Shown: positions 49,788-60,770, counted from the first letter of the stretch. The stretch: DNA of 64,000 nucleotides from an uncultured Rhodopirellula sp. (GCA_964007735.1 CAXGAI010000012.1:1-64000), one strand, 5' to 3'. Numbers and translations: made by a program. The notes: generated from the letters alone by a model not told the origin.

Positions 49788-51179
49788 TTGGAAAAGCTAT
49801 CAATCAGTGATGCCAGAAATCCAGAGGTGATCGGTACTCGTGCCGTGATTCAGGGATGGGTGCGAACACGTCGTGACAGCAAAGGGGGGTTTAGCTTCAT
49901 TGAAGTGAACGACGGTACGAGTCTGGCTAATTTGCAAATCATTGCAGACAATACGTTGGAGAACTACGAACAGGAAATTAAACGTTTATCTGCTGGTTGT
50001 AGTGTCAGTATCGAGGGCGAAGTTAAAGAGTCCGGTGGCAAGCAGGCAACTGAACTTTTAGCTGCCAAAGTGATCGTGCATGGTTGGGCTAATCCCGAAG
50101 AGTACCCACTGCAAAAGAAACGACATTCATTTGAAAAGCTCCGGGAGTGGGCTCATCTACGCCCTCGGACGAATGCGTTCGGAGCTGTGGCCAGAGTTCG
50201 TAATTGTATTTGTCAGTCGATTCATGATTTTTATCAGGAACGGGGATTTCTCTACGTTCACACGCCGGTGATTACAGCCAGTGACTGCGAAGGTGCGGGC
50301 GAGATGTTCCGCGTGTCGACGGTGGACCCCGAGAATCCTCCGCGGGGCGATAGTGGGCGGGTTGATTATGCTCAGGATTTCTTCGGCCGTCCAAGCTATC
50401 TGACTGTTAGCGGACAATTGGAAGCAGAGATTTACGCTACGGCATTAGGGAAAGTTTATACGTTTGGCCCTACTTTCCGTGCGGAGAATTCAAATACTTC
50501 ACGTCATTTGGCGGAATTCTGGATGATTGAGCCGGAAGTTGCATTTAATGATTTAGATGACAATATGGATTTGGCGGAAGCATTTTTGAAGCGGATCTTC
50601 GGCGATGCGTTGACAAAGTGTCCGGAAGATATGGATTTCTTCAATCAGCGCATTGATGATACGGTTATCACGACACTGCAAAAAATTGTCGAATCAGATT
50701 TTATTCGTGTTCCCTATACCGAAGCGATTGATATTCTGCTGGCGAGTGGGAATGAATTCCAGTTTCCGGTGGAGTGGGGATGTGATCTGCAAAGCGAGCA
50801 TGAACGATATCTAACCGAACAACACTTCGATGGTCCGGTGATCCTGTATGACTATCCACGGTCAATCAAACCCTTCTACATGTATGTCAATGATGACGAC
50901 AGGACAGTACGGGCGATGGACGTTCTGGTTCCCAAAGTTGGCGAGATTATTGGTGGAAGCCAGCGTGAAGATCGTCAGGAAGTCTTAGAGAGTCGGATGC
51001 GAGAACAGGGGCTCGAACCAGAGGACTATTGGTGGTACGTCGACTTGCGCCGCTATGGTACCGTGCCCCATGCAGGTTTTGGATTGGGACTGGAACGCGC
51101 GGTTCAATTCGTCACCGGCATGCAGAATATTCGTGATGTGATTCCATTTCCCAGAACTCCAGGGAATGCAGAATTTTAA
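49788..51179 (+). CDS. asnS: Asparagine--tRNA ligase
   Basis: GWVRTRR OB-fold; [38 protein letters not shown]. Confidence 0.97.
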   Translation: MEKLSISDARNPEVIGTRAVIQGWVRTRRDSKGGFSFIEVNDGTSLANLQIIADNTLENYEQEIKRLSAGCSVSIEGEVKESGGKQATELLAAKVIVHGWANPEEYPLQKKRHSFEKLREWAHLRPRTNAFGAVARVRNCICQSIHDFYQERGFLYVHTPVITASDCEGAGEMFRVSTVDPENPPRGDSGRVDYAQDFFGRPSYLTVSGQLEAEIYATALGKVYTFGPTFRAENSNTSRHLAEFWMIEPEVAFNDLDDNMDLAEAFLKRIFGDALTKCPEDMDFFNQRIDDTVITTLQKIVESDFIRVPYTEAIDILLASGNEFQFPVEWGCDLQSEHERYLTEQHFDGPVILYDYPRSIKPFYMYVNDDDRTVRAMDVLVPKVGEIIGGSQREDRQEVLESRMREQGLEPEDYWWYVDLRRYGTVPHAGFGLGLERAVQFVTGMQNIRDVIPFPRTPGNAEF

Positions 51180-51271
51180 AGTATGCTCGAATACTACCCG
51201 TTTGAATCTGAAATCGCTATAATCGGCATTCAGTATGTGAACACTACGGAGTCCCGAACCGTGGAGGACAC

Positions 51272-51310
51272 AAAAAAAGTGGGTCCTTGTTCGCCGAAAC
51301 AAGAACCCAC
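51272..51310 (-). terminator. Strong minus-strand intrinsic terminator in an intergenic region between plus-strand genes
   Basis: GUGGGUUCUUGUUU-CGGC-GAACAAGGACCCAC-U7; 14-bp stem whose two G-U pairs form only on the minus strand. Confidence 0.75.
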
Positions 51311-51473
51311 CGATTTTGGGCTGATGAAGTGCTGGCCTCCTGCCTTGCACTATAGACCCACAGCCACAAAATCAATATCGGGAAAACAAATGTTCAGGCT
51401 TTAGCATGTCCATTGTTCTGAACGGATTAGGAACTGTTTTCATGTTTGTTTTATTCACAAAGCTAATAAAGTA

Positions 51474-52610
51474 ATGACACAGATCGCAAAACTTGCCCTC
51501 GAAGATGGAACGGTATTCACTGGCGAAGCATTTGGAGCTGCTGGTGAGATTGATGGTGAGGTCGTATTCAATACTTCCATGACCGGTTATCAGGAAATTC
51601 TGACAGATCCAAGTTATCGAGGGCAGATCGTCACCATGACGTATCCTGAAATCGGAAACTATGGTGTGAACCAGGATGATGTGGAAAGTGGCAAGCCACA
51701 TCTGGCCGGATTCATCGTGCGTGAAAACAGCAGAATTCCGAGTAACTTCCGGAGTGAATGCTCTTTGGAAGATTATCTCAGAGAAAACAATATCATTGCT
51801 TTGGAAGGAATTGATACGCGAGCTTTAGTTCGCCGTATTCGTACGCAGGGAGCACTGAAGGGTGTCTTGTCGACTGAGGATCTGGACGATGCCAGTTTGG
51901 TGGAGAAGGCTCGTCAATCAGAAGGTCTTGTTGGACGAGATTTAGTACAGGAAGTGATTCCGGAAGACAGTTGTCAATGGGAAGAAGCTTTAAGTGAATG
52001 GGCGAAACTACCAGGGGAGGCTCCCGGCGGTGGTGAGGAGGCTTACCATATTGTGGCACTCGACTTTGGGATGAAGTGGAATATCGCTCGACACCTTAAA
52101 GAGCTTGGTTGTCAGGTAACCATTCTTCCAGGTACAGCCACTTCGGAAGAAGTCATGGCATTGAATCCTGATGGTGTTTTTCTTTCGAATGGGCCCGGAG
52201 ACCCAGAGCCCTTGGAATATGCGATCAAGACGATTTCCGAATTAGTTCCGCAGGTACCGATTTTTGGAATCTGTCTGGGCCATCAATTGTTGTCGCTGGC
52301 TTGTGGAGCGAAGACATTTAAATTGAAATTTGGGCACCGGGGCGCCAACCAGCCCGTTGAGAATCTTGACGTTGGAACGGTTGAAATTACGGCACAAAAT
52401 CATGGTTTTGCTGTGGAAGAAGAATCTCTGCCTGAGCATTTGGAGATTACTCATCGCAATCTTAACGACAATACAATCGCTGGTATTCGCCACAAAGAAC
52501 ACAATGCATTTGGGGTGCAGTATCATCCTGAGTCTTCTTCCGGCCCTCATGACAGCCGCTATCTGTTTCAGCAGTTTTATGACAGCATCGCTGCCTCGAA
52601 GGTCTCTTAA
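51474..52610 (+). CDS. carA: Carbamoyl-phosphate synthase small subunit
   Basis: EVVFNTSMTGYQE, SNGPGDP, GICLGHQ, QYHPE. Confidence 0.98.
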   Translation: MTQIAKLALEDGTVFTGEAFGAAGEIDGEVVFNTSMTGYQEILTDPSYRGQIVTMTYPEIGNYGVNQDDVESGKPHLAGFIVRENSRIPSNFRSECSLEDYLRENNIIALEGIDTRALVRRIRTQGALKGVLSTEDLDDASLVEKARQSEGLVGRDLVQEVIPEDSCQWEEALSEWAKLPGEAPGGGEEAYHIVALDFGMKWNIARHLKELGCQVTILPGTATSEEVMALNPDGVFLSNGPGDPEPLEYAIKTISELVPQVPIFGICLGHQLLSLACGAKTFKLKFGHRGANQPVENLDVGTVEITAQNHGFAVEEESLPEHLEITHRNLNDNTIAGIRHKEHNAFGVQYHPESSSGPHDSRYLFQQFYDSIAASKVS

Positions 52611-52644
52611 GGGCGTTTTGCAAATCTAAGAAGTAGTATTTGCT

Positions 52645-53103
52645 ATGAGCAAGAAGTCTAACCGGAAGAGTGGCAAGAAGAAGCTGCGATCGGGAAGTTC
52701 TCGTGATGTTCATCAGCAGCGAGTGCGGATGGCCTCCCCATCTACCAAAGAAGCAGACGCTCAGGAACAAGATCCTGCTTTAATGCTCGGGGGGGAAACA
52801 CGGGCTGCGGAGGCGGTTACTACGCTTTGGGTTCTCAGTACTCTGGCAACAGCGGCTTCGCTCGCAGGCACACTGTTCTTTGCCATTCTGAATGCTTTCA
52901 TGGAAAAACAGGAACAGACTTCACTGGCTTTGGAAATGCTTCCGCAGTGGTTCATTATGGTAGGAGCAATCACTGGCTTTCTTGGTCTAATGGGAAACTT
53001 TCTGGCCACTCGTTTCCGACATTTTCAGGCTCCTTTTGTCGTGAAACTGATGTCTGGAATGATTTGTGCGCTTGGGCTGGCAATCGGACTGTTTGTGAAA
53101 TAG
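52645..53103 (+). CDS. Hypothetical membrane protein (about 3 TM helices, basic N-terminus)
   Basis: Fills the gap after carA; three hydrophobic segments. Confidence 0.7.
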   Translation: MSKKSNRKSGKKKLRSGSSRDVHQQRVRMASPSTKEADAQEQDPALMLGGETRAAEAVTTLWVLSTLATAASLAGTLFFAILNAFMEKQEQTSLALEMLPQWFIMVGAITGFLGLMGNFLATRFRHFQAPFVVKLMSGMICALGLAIGLFVK

Positions 53104-53283
53104 TACCGCCTTGCCGCTATAACCGTTGCTATCCATCCTTGCTTATCGGCTAGTATTCCGCAGTAAGTAATGTTCTAGCGTTTTCAAAACACAATTGTCG
53201 GGTTATTGTTGAATAGGAAAGCACGCCACAAGTGCCTGCCTTATTACAGCATCTTGTTTATTCTTCTTTTTATTCCTAAATTC

Positions 53284-54618
53284 ATGGCTCACGAGACAAA
53301 TACACCTCCAGAAGACGATGCACAACTGCAACCTACGCGGGATCTGGATGCGGGGGCGGACGATGTATTGTCTGAAGATTCGATGCCATTGGCTGACGAT
53401 GTTCCAGATCATTCGGAAGACCAGTTGGATTCCATAGAATTCAAAGTGGATACAGCTCAACGCGTCAAACGTCTTCCGCCCTACATGTTTGGTCGTATTA
53501 ACAACCTGCTTTATCAAAAGCGCCGGGCTGGCGAGGACGTGATCGATATGGGAATGGGTAATCCGTCCGACCCCCCACAACAGTTGGTGGTTGATAAACT
53601 GGCTGAAGCAGCGGCTAATCCCCGGGTTCATGGATACAGTAAGTCCAATGGGATTCAAAACCTTCGCAAGGAAGTTGCTGCAAAGTATTTACGTAAATAT
53701 GGCGTGAATCTGGATCCGGATGAAGAAGTGATTACTTGCCTTGGAAGTAAAGAAGGCTTTAGTCATATGTGTTTGGCACTGATGGGGCCTGGAGATACGG
53801 CCATTGTTCCAGCACCCTATTTTCCTGTACATACCTATGCCGTGGCACTCGCTGGTGGGAATGTCATTTCTTTAGAAGTTAATGACAGTGAAACGTTTTT
53901 ACAAAACGTGGCATATACTTGTCAGCACTTGTATCCCAAACCTAAATTGCTGATTATCAATTATCCACACAATCCCTCGACGGTTACTGTCGAGCAGGGT
54001 TTTTATGACGAAGTGGTAAAGCTTGCTAAACGATATGGCTTTATGGTAATCAGTGATTTTGCTTATGCAGATGTAGCCTTTGATGGCTATCAGCCACCAA
54101 GCTTTCTTGCTTCGCCTGGAGCGTCGGATGTGGGCGTTGAATTTACGACAATGAGTAAAGGCTATAACATGGCCGGCTGGCGAGTTGGCTTTTGTTCCGG
54201 CAATCGTGCCATGATTAAAGCATTGGCAACGATCAAAGGTTACTACGACTATGGGATGTTTCAGGCGGTTCAGGTTGCCGCCATTATGGCATTACGAGAG
54301 ACCGAAGAAGCAGTCTCGCAACAGTCCCTGATTTATCAAAGTCGCCGGGATGTTCTCTGTGAAGGTTTAGAGCGTCTGGGGTGGGAATTTGAAGTGCCTA
54401 AAGCTGGTATGTTTGTGTGGGCTCGCTTTCCTCAGCAGTGGCAGGACGAAATGTCGACAATGGATTTTGCTATGAAGTTGCTGGAAGAGGGAAATGTAGC
54501 CGTCAGTCCCGGAACAGGGTTTGGGACGACCGGTGAAGGCTATTTGCGAATGGCTTTAGTTGAGAACGAAAATCGATTGCGACAGGGAATCCGTCAAATC
54601 AAGGCTTGTCTAAAGTAA
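53284..54618 (+). CDS. PLP-dependent aminotransferase class I/II (AlaC-like)
   Basis: [43 protein letters not shown] lysine; start placed at MAHETN. Confidence 0.9.
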   Translation: MAHETNTPPEDDAQLQPTRDLDAGADDVLSEDSMPLADDVPDHSEDQLDSIEFKVDTAQRVKRLPPYMFGRINNLLYQKRRAGEDVIDMGMGNPSDPPQQLVVDKLAEAAANPRVHGYSKSNGIQNLRKEVAAKYLRKYGVNLDPDEEVITCLGSKEGFSHMCLALMGPGDTAIVPAPYFPVHTYAVALAGGNVISLEVNDSETFLQNVAYTCQHLYPKPKLLIINYPHNPSTVTVEQGFYDEVVKLAKRYGFMVISDFAYADVAFDGYQPPSFLASPGASDVGVEFTTMSKGYNMAGWRVGFCSGNRAMIKALATIKGYYDYGMFQAVQVAAIMALRETEEAVSQQSLIYQSRRDVLCEGLERLGWEFEVPKAGMFVWARFPQQWQDEMSTMDFAMKLLEEGNVAVSPGTGFGTTGEGYLRMALVENENRLRQGIRQIKACLK

Positions 54619-54633
54619 AACGATTACTTTTTG

Positions 54634-57600
54634 TTATGGCAACGGCTGCGTGGCTCGCAAATAAGCAAATAGGTCCCGAATCTCCTGCTCTTTCAGTGTT
54701 TTCAGGATTCCCTCAGGCATAATGGATCGCGGTATAGCCTGCATCTCATCAATATCATCCCGGTTGATAACCGTGCGCTGACCGTCGTTACCGCGTAGAA
54801 CAACGACTCGACTATCTTGATCATCGATGAAACCGGTGAGCGTGCGACCGTCGAGAGTGAATACGGCATAATTCTCGAATCCCTCGCGGATAGCGATACT
54901 GGGGTTGACCACGTTTAAGAGCATGTATTGCAAGTCATCGCGTTTGTAGGACGTCAGGTTAGGGCCGATGTTACCGCCGTCAGTGAACAATTGATGGCAT
55001 TTTCCACAGTGTTTCAAGTAGAGCTGTTTCCCGTCATAGGGATTCCCGGATGCTTCACCAATCACCGAGACGAGTTGATCAATGCGTCCCTGCAGTTCTG
55101 CAGCCGAAGCTGCTGATACTTTCCCAAAGTGTTTCTCTGCTTTCGCCTGCAGTGCTCTATTGTCATAGAGCACTATCTTTAAAATGGCTTCTTGTTCTAT
55201 GGCGTCCGCTTTGATTAATCCTGTTTCAATCCCGTCTAGTAGGATCCTAAGCCAGGATTCCCGACTAACCAGGAGGGTCTGCGCGACAGATTGATTGGAT
55301 TCATTGAAACGATCGTACGAATCGAGAGTAGTTATCGCGATGTTGTCGTCTTCAAAAGACTGGAGGGCCTGGAGTGAAGCCTGGACCACAATCTCTGAAG
55401 GCTCATTTTTTATTAGCTTTAGCATGACAGGTACAGCATCTTGATTCTTGATTTGTCCCAGAACATTAATCAGACCGGCGCGAACGTTGACTTCCACTTT
55501 CGTATTTGCAATGTCAGCAAGTGCTTTAGTGGTTGCCTCCGGTTGTCCTAAGCGAACACGCAGAATGGGAGACCCTCCTCCGGCTTCTCGAATGCCGTTG
55601 AGTAGTGATTCGGGAAGCGAAGCCAGTGAACGGCCTTCAAACGATTCTTCAAAGCCCTTTAGTAGTAGGTTTCTCGAGTCATCATCCGGAGCAGATTCAA
55701 ACAGCCAGGAAAGCATGGCTAATTCATCACGCTTGCCCGACATGGCATACCGTTTTGCCAGGCGTTCGAGGATGAAATCCTGAGTGATTTCCTGATTCCA
55801 GACACTGGCATCTCCGAGTATGGACTTCAGGGCTTCGTATTGATTGGCATTAGCCTCGATGGCCCACCAGATCATGAGCGGTACGTGTTTGTCACTGGCA
55901 TCTTCACCGTGATAAAGAAGTGCCTTGGTGATTTCTGCAAAAAGTTCTGGGTTGACTCTTCGAGCTGTTGCTGCCATCTGGCTGCGAACATGAACGGAGG
56001 GTTCGGTGGCTATGGAACTAACGAGAACTGTTTTGTAGGCGTCACTCAGTTCGATGTGATCGGCAGCCAGACGGATAGACCAACTACGCACGCTATCGTG
56101 TGGGCTCTTTAAGGTTGTGGAGGCCAGTTCGAGGGTGAAGTGGCCGGTAACTTGATGTGCCCATAGTGCATTAAGAGCAACAATTTCGCTTTCTGAATTA
56201 AGTAGTTCATGGAGATGTTGTTTGTCAGTGTTCGAGAGCGTCCTGTTTTTCAGTAATCGAATCGCAATCTGTCGATGGATTCGAATGTTAGATTTAAACA
56301 GACTGAATAATTCGCGGTTGCTCCAGCCATTGACGTTGAATGACGATGGCTTCCACCCTTCCGTCGGACGCATGCGATAGATCCGTCCGTTTGTATTATC
56401 GACTCGCCCCTGATAGTGGGAAGCGTGATCGATTCGTTGTTCATAGAGGTCGGCTACATAAATGGCACCATCAGGGCCAACTTGGATGTCCACTGGCCGG
56501 AACCAGGTATCCGTAGTCTTCAATGGAAATCCCAAGTCCTCTGTTTTGAAGGTGGAGCCTTCCCCGGCGACGTCACTGTAGACAACGCGTCCTTGAAGAG
56601 GTTCAATGCCAAAAAGCTTGTTTTGGTACTTTACAGGTAAGGTGGTGTCTTCGTAAATGACAAAGGTGTGCGTAAATCGAGGTACCTGACTGTGTGTCAT
56701 GGCGGGGAAGTATCCAAAAGCGTATGGATTGGATAGCTGCCCGTGTTTGGAAAATCCTTTGAGGTAATAGCCTCCCTGAATGTAATGGAATCCGCGTGTG
56801 TTTCCTCCGTTGTAACCTGAATAAACTCGGCCGTGAGAATCGAATTCAACTCCGAATGTATTACCACCACCTTCCGCGAAAACTTCATACTTCTTCGATT
56901 GAGGGTGATAACGCCAAATGCACTGCCCCATCGAACGAATGGGAGTCTCTTTTGTTCCGTAGTGCTTGATGTTGCCCGAGACGGTGGAGCCCTGAGCTGC
57001 GTATAGCCAGCCATCCGGGCCCCAGCGGAGGTTGTTGGCACAGGAATGCGAGTCTTCGATTCCAAAACCTTCGAGAATGACTTCGGGATCACCATCCGCC
57101 TTGTCATCCTGATTCTTGTCTGCATAAAACAGCAGGTAGGGGGGATTCAGGACATAGACCCCTCCATCTCCCATAGCGAAGGAAGTCGCAATGCTTAGGC
57201 CATCGACGAATACCAAGTGTTTATTGAATTTCCCGTCGCCATTTGTATCTTCGTGAACTGAGATTTGATCCTGACCTTTATCTCCATGGGGTGGAGGTAG
57301 CGGGGTTTTGTCGTATACGGTACGTAAGTATTTGTCACGACTAATTGCTTTCAGTCCTGCAGGGTTGGGATATTGCTTGTATTCCATCACCCAAAGTCGG
57401 CCACGGTGGTCAAACTTGAAAGAGAGTGGTTGGGCGATGTTGGGATCTGTTAACACGGCATCCACCGTGAGTCCATCGCTGACGTCGAATTGTTTTAGAG
57501 CTTCAGCCGGATTCTGTGGTCCACGATCATCCGCCAGTTGCTTGAAGGATTCAAGCACAGCCTCGGCATCCGCTAGTTCAGAATAACGAAAGGCATCTCG

Positions 57601-58119
57601 TTCCTCATCTTTCCAGAGTGCGTATTCCGGATTGTCGCCGATAATGTGTTGCCATTTGCCTTTCGTGGTGATCGCTTGTGTACGATCGGTGAGGATTGGA
57701 GCGCCAACATTGAACCCACCGCGGGGATATTTACGGTAAACTCGCATGGCTAGAACATTATCCTCTCCGGCCACGAAATGGTTGGCAGCCACCGTATGCT
57801 TCTCGTCTTCCCCGAGTCCACTGCGGAATTTAGGAGGCATTGCCCCGAGTGCAGCCACTTTAACACCGTTGAGATAGACTTCTCGAGCATCATCAACCGG
57901 TTCGACGTAAAGACTCAGTTCTTTTCCGTCCCAATCCGACGGTAATTTGACAATACATCGATACCAACGGAAGCCATTTTCGCTGGCACCGTTACGCGGC
58001 CGTGTCCAATCGGAAGGGATGTCAACGGTTGTCCATTGAGTTGCAGAGTCCTGAGCATGCGCTTCTGAAAAGAGTAACGTGGTGAACGAGGCGAGCGTTA
58101 GCAGTAGAATTCTAATCAT
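54634..58119 (-). CDS. PVC-type heme-binding protein: sugar-binding jelly roll, beta-propeller dehydrogenase-like domain, HEAT repeats, cytochrome c
   Basis: Signal peptide; WYRC...VDDAREVYLNG; GRLWVME...YP, WGPDGWLY, FRPVD...GPDGAIYVAD; CGKCH; GPNLT; SIMPEG. Confidence 0.88.
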   Translation of the reverse strand: MIRILLLTLASFTTLLFSEAHAQDSATQWTTVDIPSDWTRPRNGASENGFRWYRCIVKLPSDWDGKELSLYVEPVDDAREVYLNGVKVAALGAMPPKFRSGLGEDEKHTVAANHFVAGEDNVLAMRVYRKYPRGGFNVGAPILTDRTQAITTKGKWQHIIGDNPEYALWKDEERDAFRYSELADAEAVLESFKQLADDRGPQNPAEALKQFDVSDGLTVDAVLTDPNIAQPLSFKFDHRGRLWVMEYKQYPNPAGLKAISRDKYLRTVYDKTPLPPPHGDKGQDQISVHEDTNGDGKFNKHLVFVDGLSIATSFAMGDGGVYVLNPPYLLFYADKNQDDKADGDPEVILEGFGIEDSHSCANNLRWGPDGWLYAAQGSTVSGNIKHYGTKETPIRSMGQCIWRYHPQSKKYEVFAEGGGNTFGVEFDSHGRVYSGYNGGNTRGFHYIQGGYYLKGFSKHGQLSNPYAFGYFPAMTHSQVPRFTHTFVIYEDTTLPVKYQNKLFGIEPLQGRVVYSDVAGEGSTFKTEDLGFPLKTTDTWFRPVDIQVGPDGAIYVADLYEQRIDHASHYQGRVDNTNGRIYRMRPTEGWKPSSFNVNGWSNRELFSLFKSNIRIHRQIAIRLLKNRTLSNTDKQHLHELLNSESEIVALNALWAHQVTGHFTLELASTTLKSPHDSVRSWSIRLAADHIELSDAYKTVLVSSIATEPSVHVRSQMAATARRVNPELFAEITKALLYHGEDASDKHVPLMIWWAIEANANQYEALKSILGDASVWNQEITQDFILERLAKRYAMSGKRDELAMLSWLFESAPDDDSRNLLLKGFEESFEGRSLASLPESLLNGIREAGGGSPILRVRLGQPEATTKALADIANTKVEVNVRAGLINVLGQIKNQDAVPVMLKLIKNEPSEIVVQASLQALQSFEDDNIAITTLDSYDRFNESNQSVAQTLLVSRESWLRILLDGIETGLIKADAIEQEAILKIVLYDNRALQAKAEKHFGKVSAASAAELQGRIDQLVSVIGEASGNPYDGKQLYLKHCGKCHQLFTDGGNIGPNLTSYKRDDLQYMLLNVVNPSIAIREGFENYAVFTLDGRTLTGFIDDQDSRVVVLRGNDGQRTVINRDDIDEMQAIPRSIMPEGILKTLKEQEIRDLFAYLRATQPLP

Positions 58120-58361
58120 CAATGAACTCGGGGGATTTAATGACAACGGGAGGCCATAAGCGGTAAGCTTTGTTGCTGGCGAATATTCCTAATAATCTAA
58201 TCGTAACGATTACCGAAACCGGATACACGCTATCTGGAAACAAAAAGATCTCGAAATCTTAGGAATTGGTTTCACCAGGTCTGTCTGGGAAACCTATTGT
58301 TTTTGTGAGAGAGAAACTAATCGTTAGTTCGCCTTGTGAGAGAGGCGTGAGAAGTAGAATT

Positions 58362-58793
58362 ATGAACCGTAATATTTCCCGGTTCGCTTTGTGCCTGCTG
58401 GCTTTCCTTGTGGGAGCTATGGTGGCATTGGGAAGCGAACCATTGCATTCTGAAGTCAAGCAGATCGACTTCTACTCATTAAATCCAGATACTCGATTAA
58501 AACTGTTTACAGAAACCCGGGTAATTGAATTGGTAATTACCAATCCGATAGCAGGCGAGGCGGTCGCTCGTGTCAGTCAAGACGGTGCAACATTTGGTTT
58601 GCCTAGGAATGTGATTTTGATGGGAGCAACCCGGGGTCAGCAACAGGGGGCGTTGTCGCTGATTGAAATGGGAGTTATTCGAACGGGACTGAAACTCGAA
58701 CTTGGCCTGAGGAATCGAATGGCGGAGAACCGCCTCCTCACGCAGCCACTTAATCGCATAGAATTAAGTAATAACCCAGGTAGTGTACATTAG
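58362..58793 (+). CDS. Hypothetical secreted protein
   Basis: MNRNISRFALCLLAFLVGAMVA signal peptide; followed by a strong terminator. Confidence 0.65.
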   Translation: MNRNISRFALCLLAFLVGAMVALGSEPLHSEVKQIDFYSLNPDTRLKLFTETRVIELVITNPIAGEAVARVSQDGATFGLPRNVILMGATRGQQQGALSLIEMGVIRTGLKLELGLRNRMAENRLLTQPLNRIELSNNPGSVH

Positions 58794-58814
58794 TATACCA
58801 CTTGGGGCGATATG

Positions 58815-58863
58815 AAAAAACGTGACTTATCGAGTCAGGATGACTTGGTAAGTCACGTTTTTT
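58815..58863. terminator. Long bidirectional terminator between the hypothetical gene and tRNA-Pro
   Basis: aaaaaacgtgacttatcgagtca-gga-tgacttggtaagtcacgtttttt. Confidence 0.85.
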
Positions 58864-58870
58864 GGTTGAG

Positions 58871-58945
58871 TCGGGGCGGTGGGATTCGAACTCACGACCT
58901 TCTGGTCCCAAACCAGACGCGCTAACCAGGCTGCGCTACGCCCCG
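58871..58945 (-). tRNA. tRNA-Pro (anticodon UGG), CCA not encoded
   Basis: CGGGGCG acceptor stem; TCTGG-TTTGGGA-CCAGA anticodon arm; GTTCGAATC T-loop. Confidence 0.96.
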
Positions 58946-59007
58946 CTGAGGTGAGATTTAATTTAACTAGCGACTCTCAGTTCGACAACCCCTGTAAGTT
59001 GATGTTT

Positions 59008-59940
59008 TTAGGCCGCCCGATCTTTTTGTGCGGAGCCGTCGGTTAGCAAATCCATCAGCCGGCAAAACTCTTCTGAGCTCGTGAAATTGATAACGATTTT
59101 ACCAATACCTTTGTCCTTTTCGGAAATCTTCACCCGCGTGCCTAACGCGATCTTCAGTTGTTTTTCGAGCAGTTCGATCTGGGCCGATTTTGTCTTGACT
59201 GGTTTGGAAGCTGATCCTTTGCCAGTTTGGTCGTTCATAAGTTTGCGATGCACATACTGCTCGATGTTGCGTACGCTAAGAGACTCACGGACAATACGTC
59301 CGCAAAGATCGATCTGCTCCATTGCCCCCAGTGGTAGCATGGCCCGGGCATGACCGGCTGTAATCAGCTGCTGGTGGATGGCCTCCTGTACCTGCTCAGG
59401 TAACTCAAGTAGACGAATGAGATTTGAGATGGTGGAGCGATCCACATTGAGTCGTTTTGCCAGTTCGGCCTGAGTGCATTTGTGTTGTTTGAGGTATTGC
59501 TTAAAGGAGGCTGCTTTTTCAAGCGGCCCGAGGTCTTTTCGCTGCAGATTTTCAATAATGGCCAGTTCGGCTGCTTCCCGATCCGAAGCTTTTCGGATTC
59601 GAGCTGGGATGGTTTGCCAGCCCAGTAGCTGGGCAGCTTTAAACCGTCGTTCCCCGGAGATCAACTGATATCGGTTTCCCACTTGCCTGACCACGATTGC
59701 CTGAAGGAGGTCGTGTTGTTTTAAGCTGGCAGCTAGTGCTTCGAGTTGTGTTTGGTCAAATTGAGTCCGTGGTTGGTATGGATTTTCATCAATATTTATG
59801 AGCGGCAACATGCTGTAGCCGTCCGCAGCCCCGGCTGCATTTTCAGGCTTTGCGGCTACGCGAGAAGATGCGCTGGCTTTTTGTGAAGGTTGTCCCAATA
59901 GATCGGCCAGGCCTTTTCCAAGGCGACGATTTTTATTCAC
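59008..59940 (-). CDS. parB: Chromosome partitioning protein ParB
   Basis: N-terminal RRLGKGLADLL; NPYQPR; GERRFKA; IIENLQR; HTH TQAELAKRLNVDRSTISNLIRLL. Confidence 0.96.
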   Translation of the reverse strand: MNKNRRLGKGLADLLGQPSQKASASSRVAAKPENAAGAADGYSMLPLINIDENPYQPRTQFDQTQLEALAASLKQHDLLQAIVVRQVGNRYQLISGERRFKAAQLLGWQTIPARIRKASDREAAELAIIENLQRKDLGPLEKAASFKQYLKQHKCTQAELAKRLNVDRSTISNLIRLLELPEQVQEAIHQQLITAGHARAMLPLGAMEQIDLCGRIVRESLSVRNIEQYVHRKLMNDQTGKGSASKPVKTKSAQIELLEKQLKIALGTRVKISEKDKGIGKIVINFTSSEEFCRLMDLLTDGSAQKDRAA

Positions 59941-60679
59941 GTTCTAATACCTCCATACACAGTTCTGTGTAGGCTCGAGCTCCACGACTTCGTGGGGCAT
60001 ATTCTAAGATGGGTTTGTTGTAACTGGGTGATTCAGCAAGCAATGAATCTCTGGGGATAACCGTGTCAAATACGATTTCGCCAAAAAAATCTCGAACTTC
60101 ATGGTCAATCTCGCCGGTTAATTCGAGGGCCGGATCGTACATGGTTAATACAATGCCCCCGAATTCTAGTTGGCTTTGTTCCTGCTGCATGACGTCACGT
60201 ATGACATGGATCATCTGAGTGAGACCTTCCATAGCAAAGTATTCACATTGAATCGGCATAAAGACTTCTGTGGATGCTGCTAGTGCGGATTGTGTGAGTG
60301 GACCGACACTTGGGGGGCAATCAATGATCACAAAATCATACTGAGCGGTATCAGTACGAATGTGTGTTTGCAATTGATTACTTTCCACGTATTTGCCGTT
60401 GGCAAGCACAGAGACATCTTGGAAACTACGGCTTCCGGGAAGAACATCCAGATTCTCGAAATGTGTTTTCTCGATCGAGTCGGCGAGTGTTTCTTGATTC
60501 ACCAAAGGATGGCGATTCGTGGGGTGATGACCTAGGCCCGTTGTGGCATTACATTGCGGGTCCAAATCGATCAAAAGCGTGGCGCACCCTGCCTGTCCAA
60601 GCCCGGCGGCCAGGTTAATTGAGGTGGTGGTTTTACCGACCCCACCTTTTTGGTTTGCGACGCACAATACGCGTGTCAC
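59933..60679 (-). CDS. parA: Chromosome partitioning ATPase ParA (Soj)
   Basis: NQKGGVGKTT deviant Walker A; DLDPQ; IIDCPP; overlaps parB start by 8 nt. Confidence 0.96.
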   Translation of the reverse strand: MTRVLCVANQKGGVGKTTTSINLAAGLGQAGCATLLIDLDPQCNATTGLGHHPTNRHPLVNQETLADSIEKTHFENLDVLPGSRSFQDVSVLANGKYVESNQLQTHIRTDTAQYDFVIIDCPPSVGPLTQSALAASTEVFMPIQCEYFAMEGLTQMIHVIRDVMQQEQSQLEFGGIVLTMYDPALELTGEIDHEVRDFFGEIVFDTVIPRDSLLAESPSYNKPILEYAPRSRGARAYTELCMEVLERE

Positions 60680-60770
60680 TCCGGCGGTTCCTCTTTATTA
60701 GTAGGTATGATGTTAACTGAATAGATGTGAGGATTTTAATCCGTTACGGTGTTTTAAGAGAATAGCAGAT

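Noticed and set aside
51183..51404. 73-aa ORF between asnS and carA as a leader peptide
   Set aside because: No Arg-rich or otherwise diagnostic codons and no clear RBS; RNA structure explains the region better.
58794..58945. tRNA-Pro as an integration site of a genomic island
   Set aside because: No integrase, no duplicated tRNA 3' end seen, and flanking genes look native.
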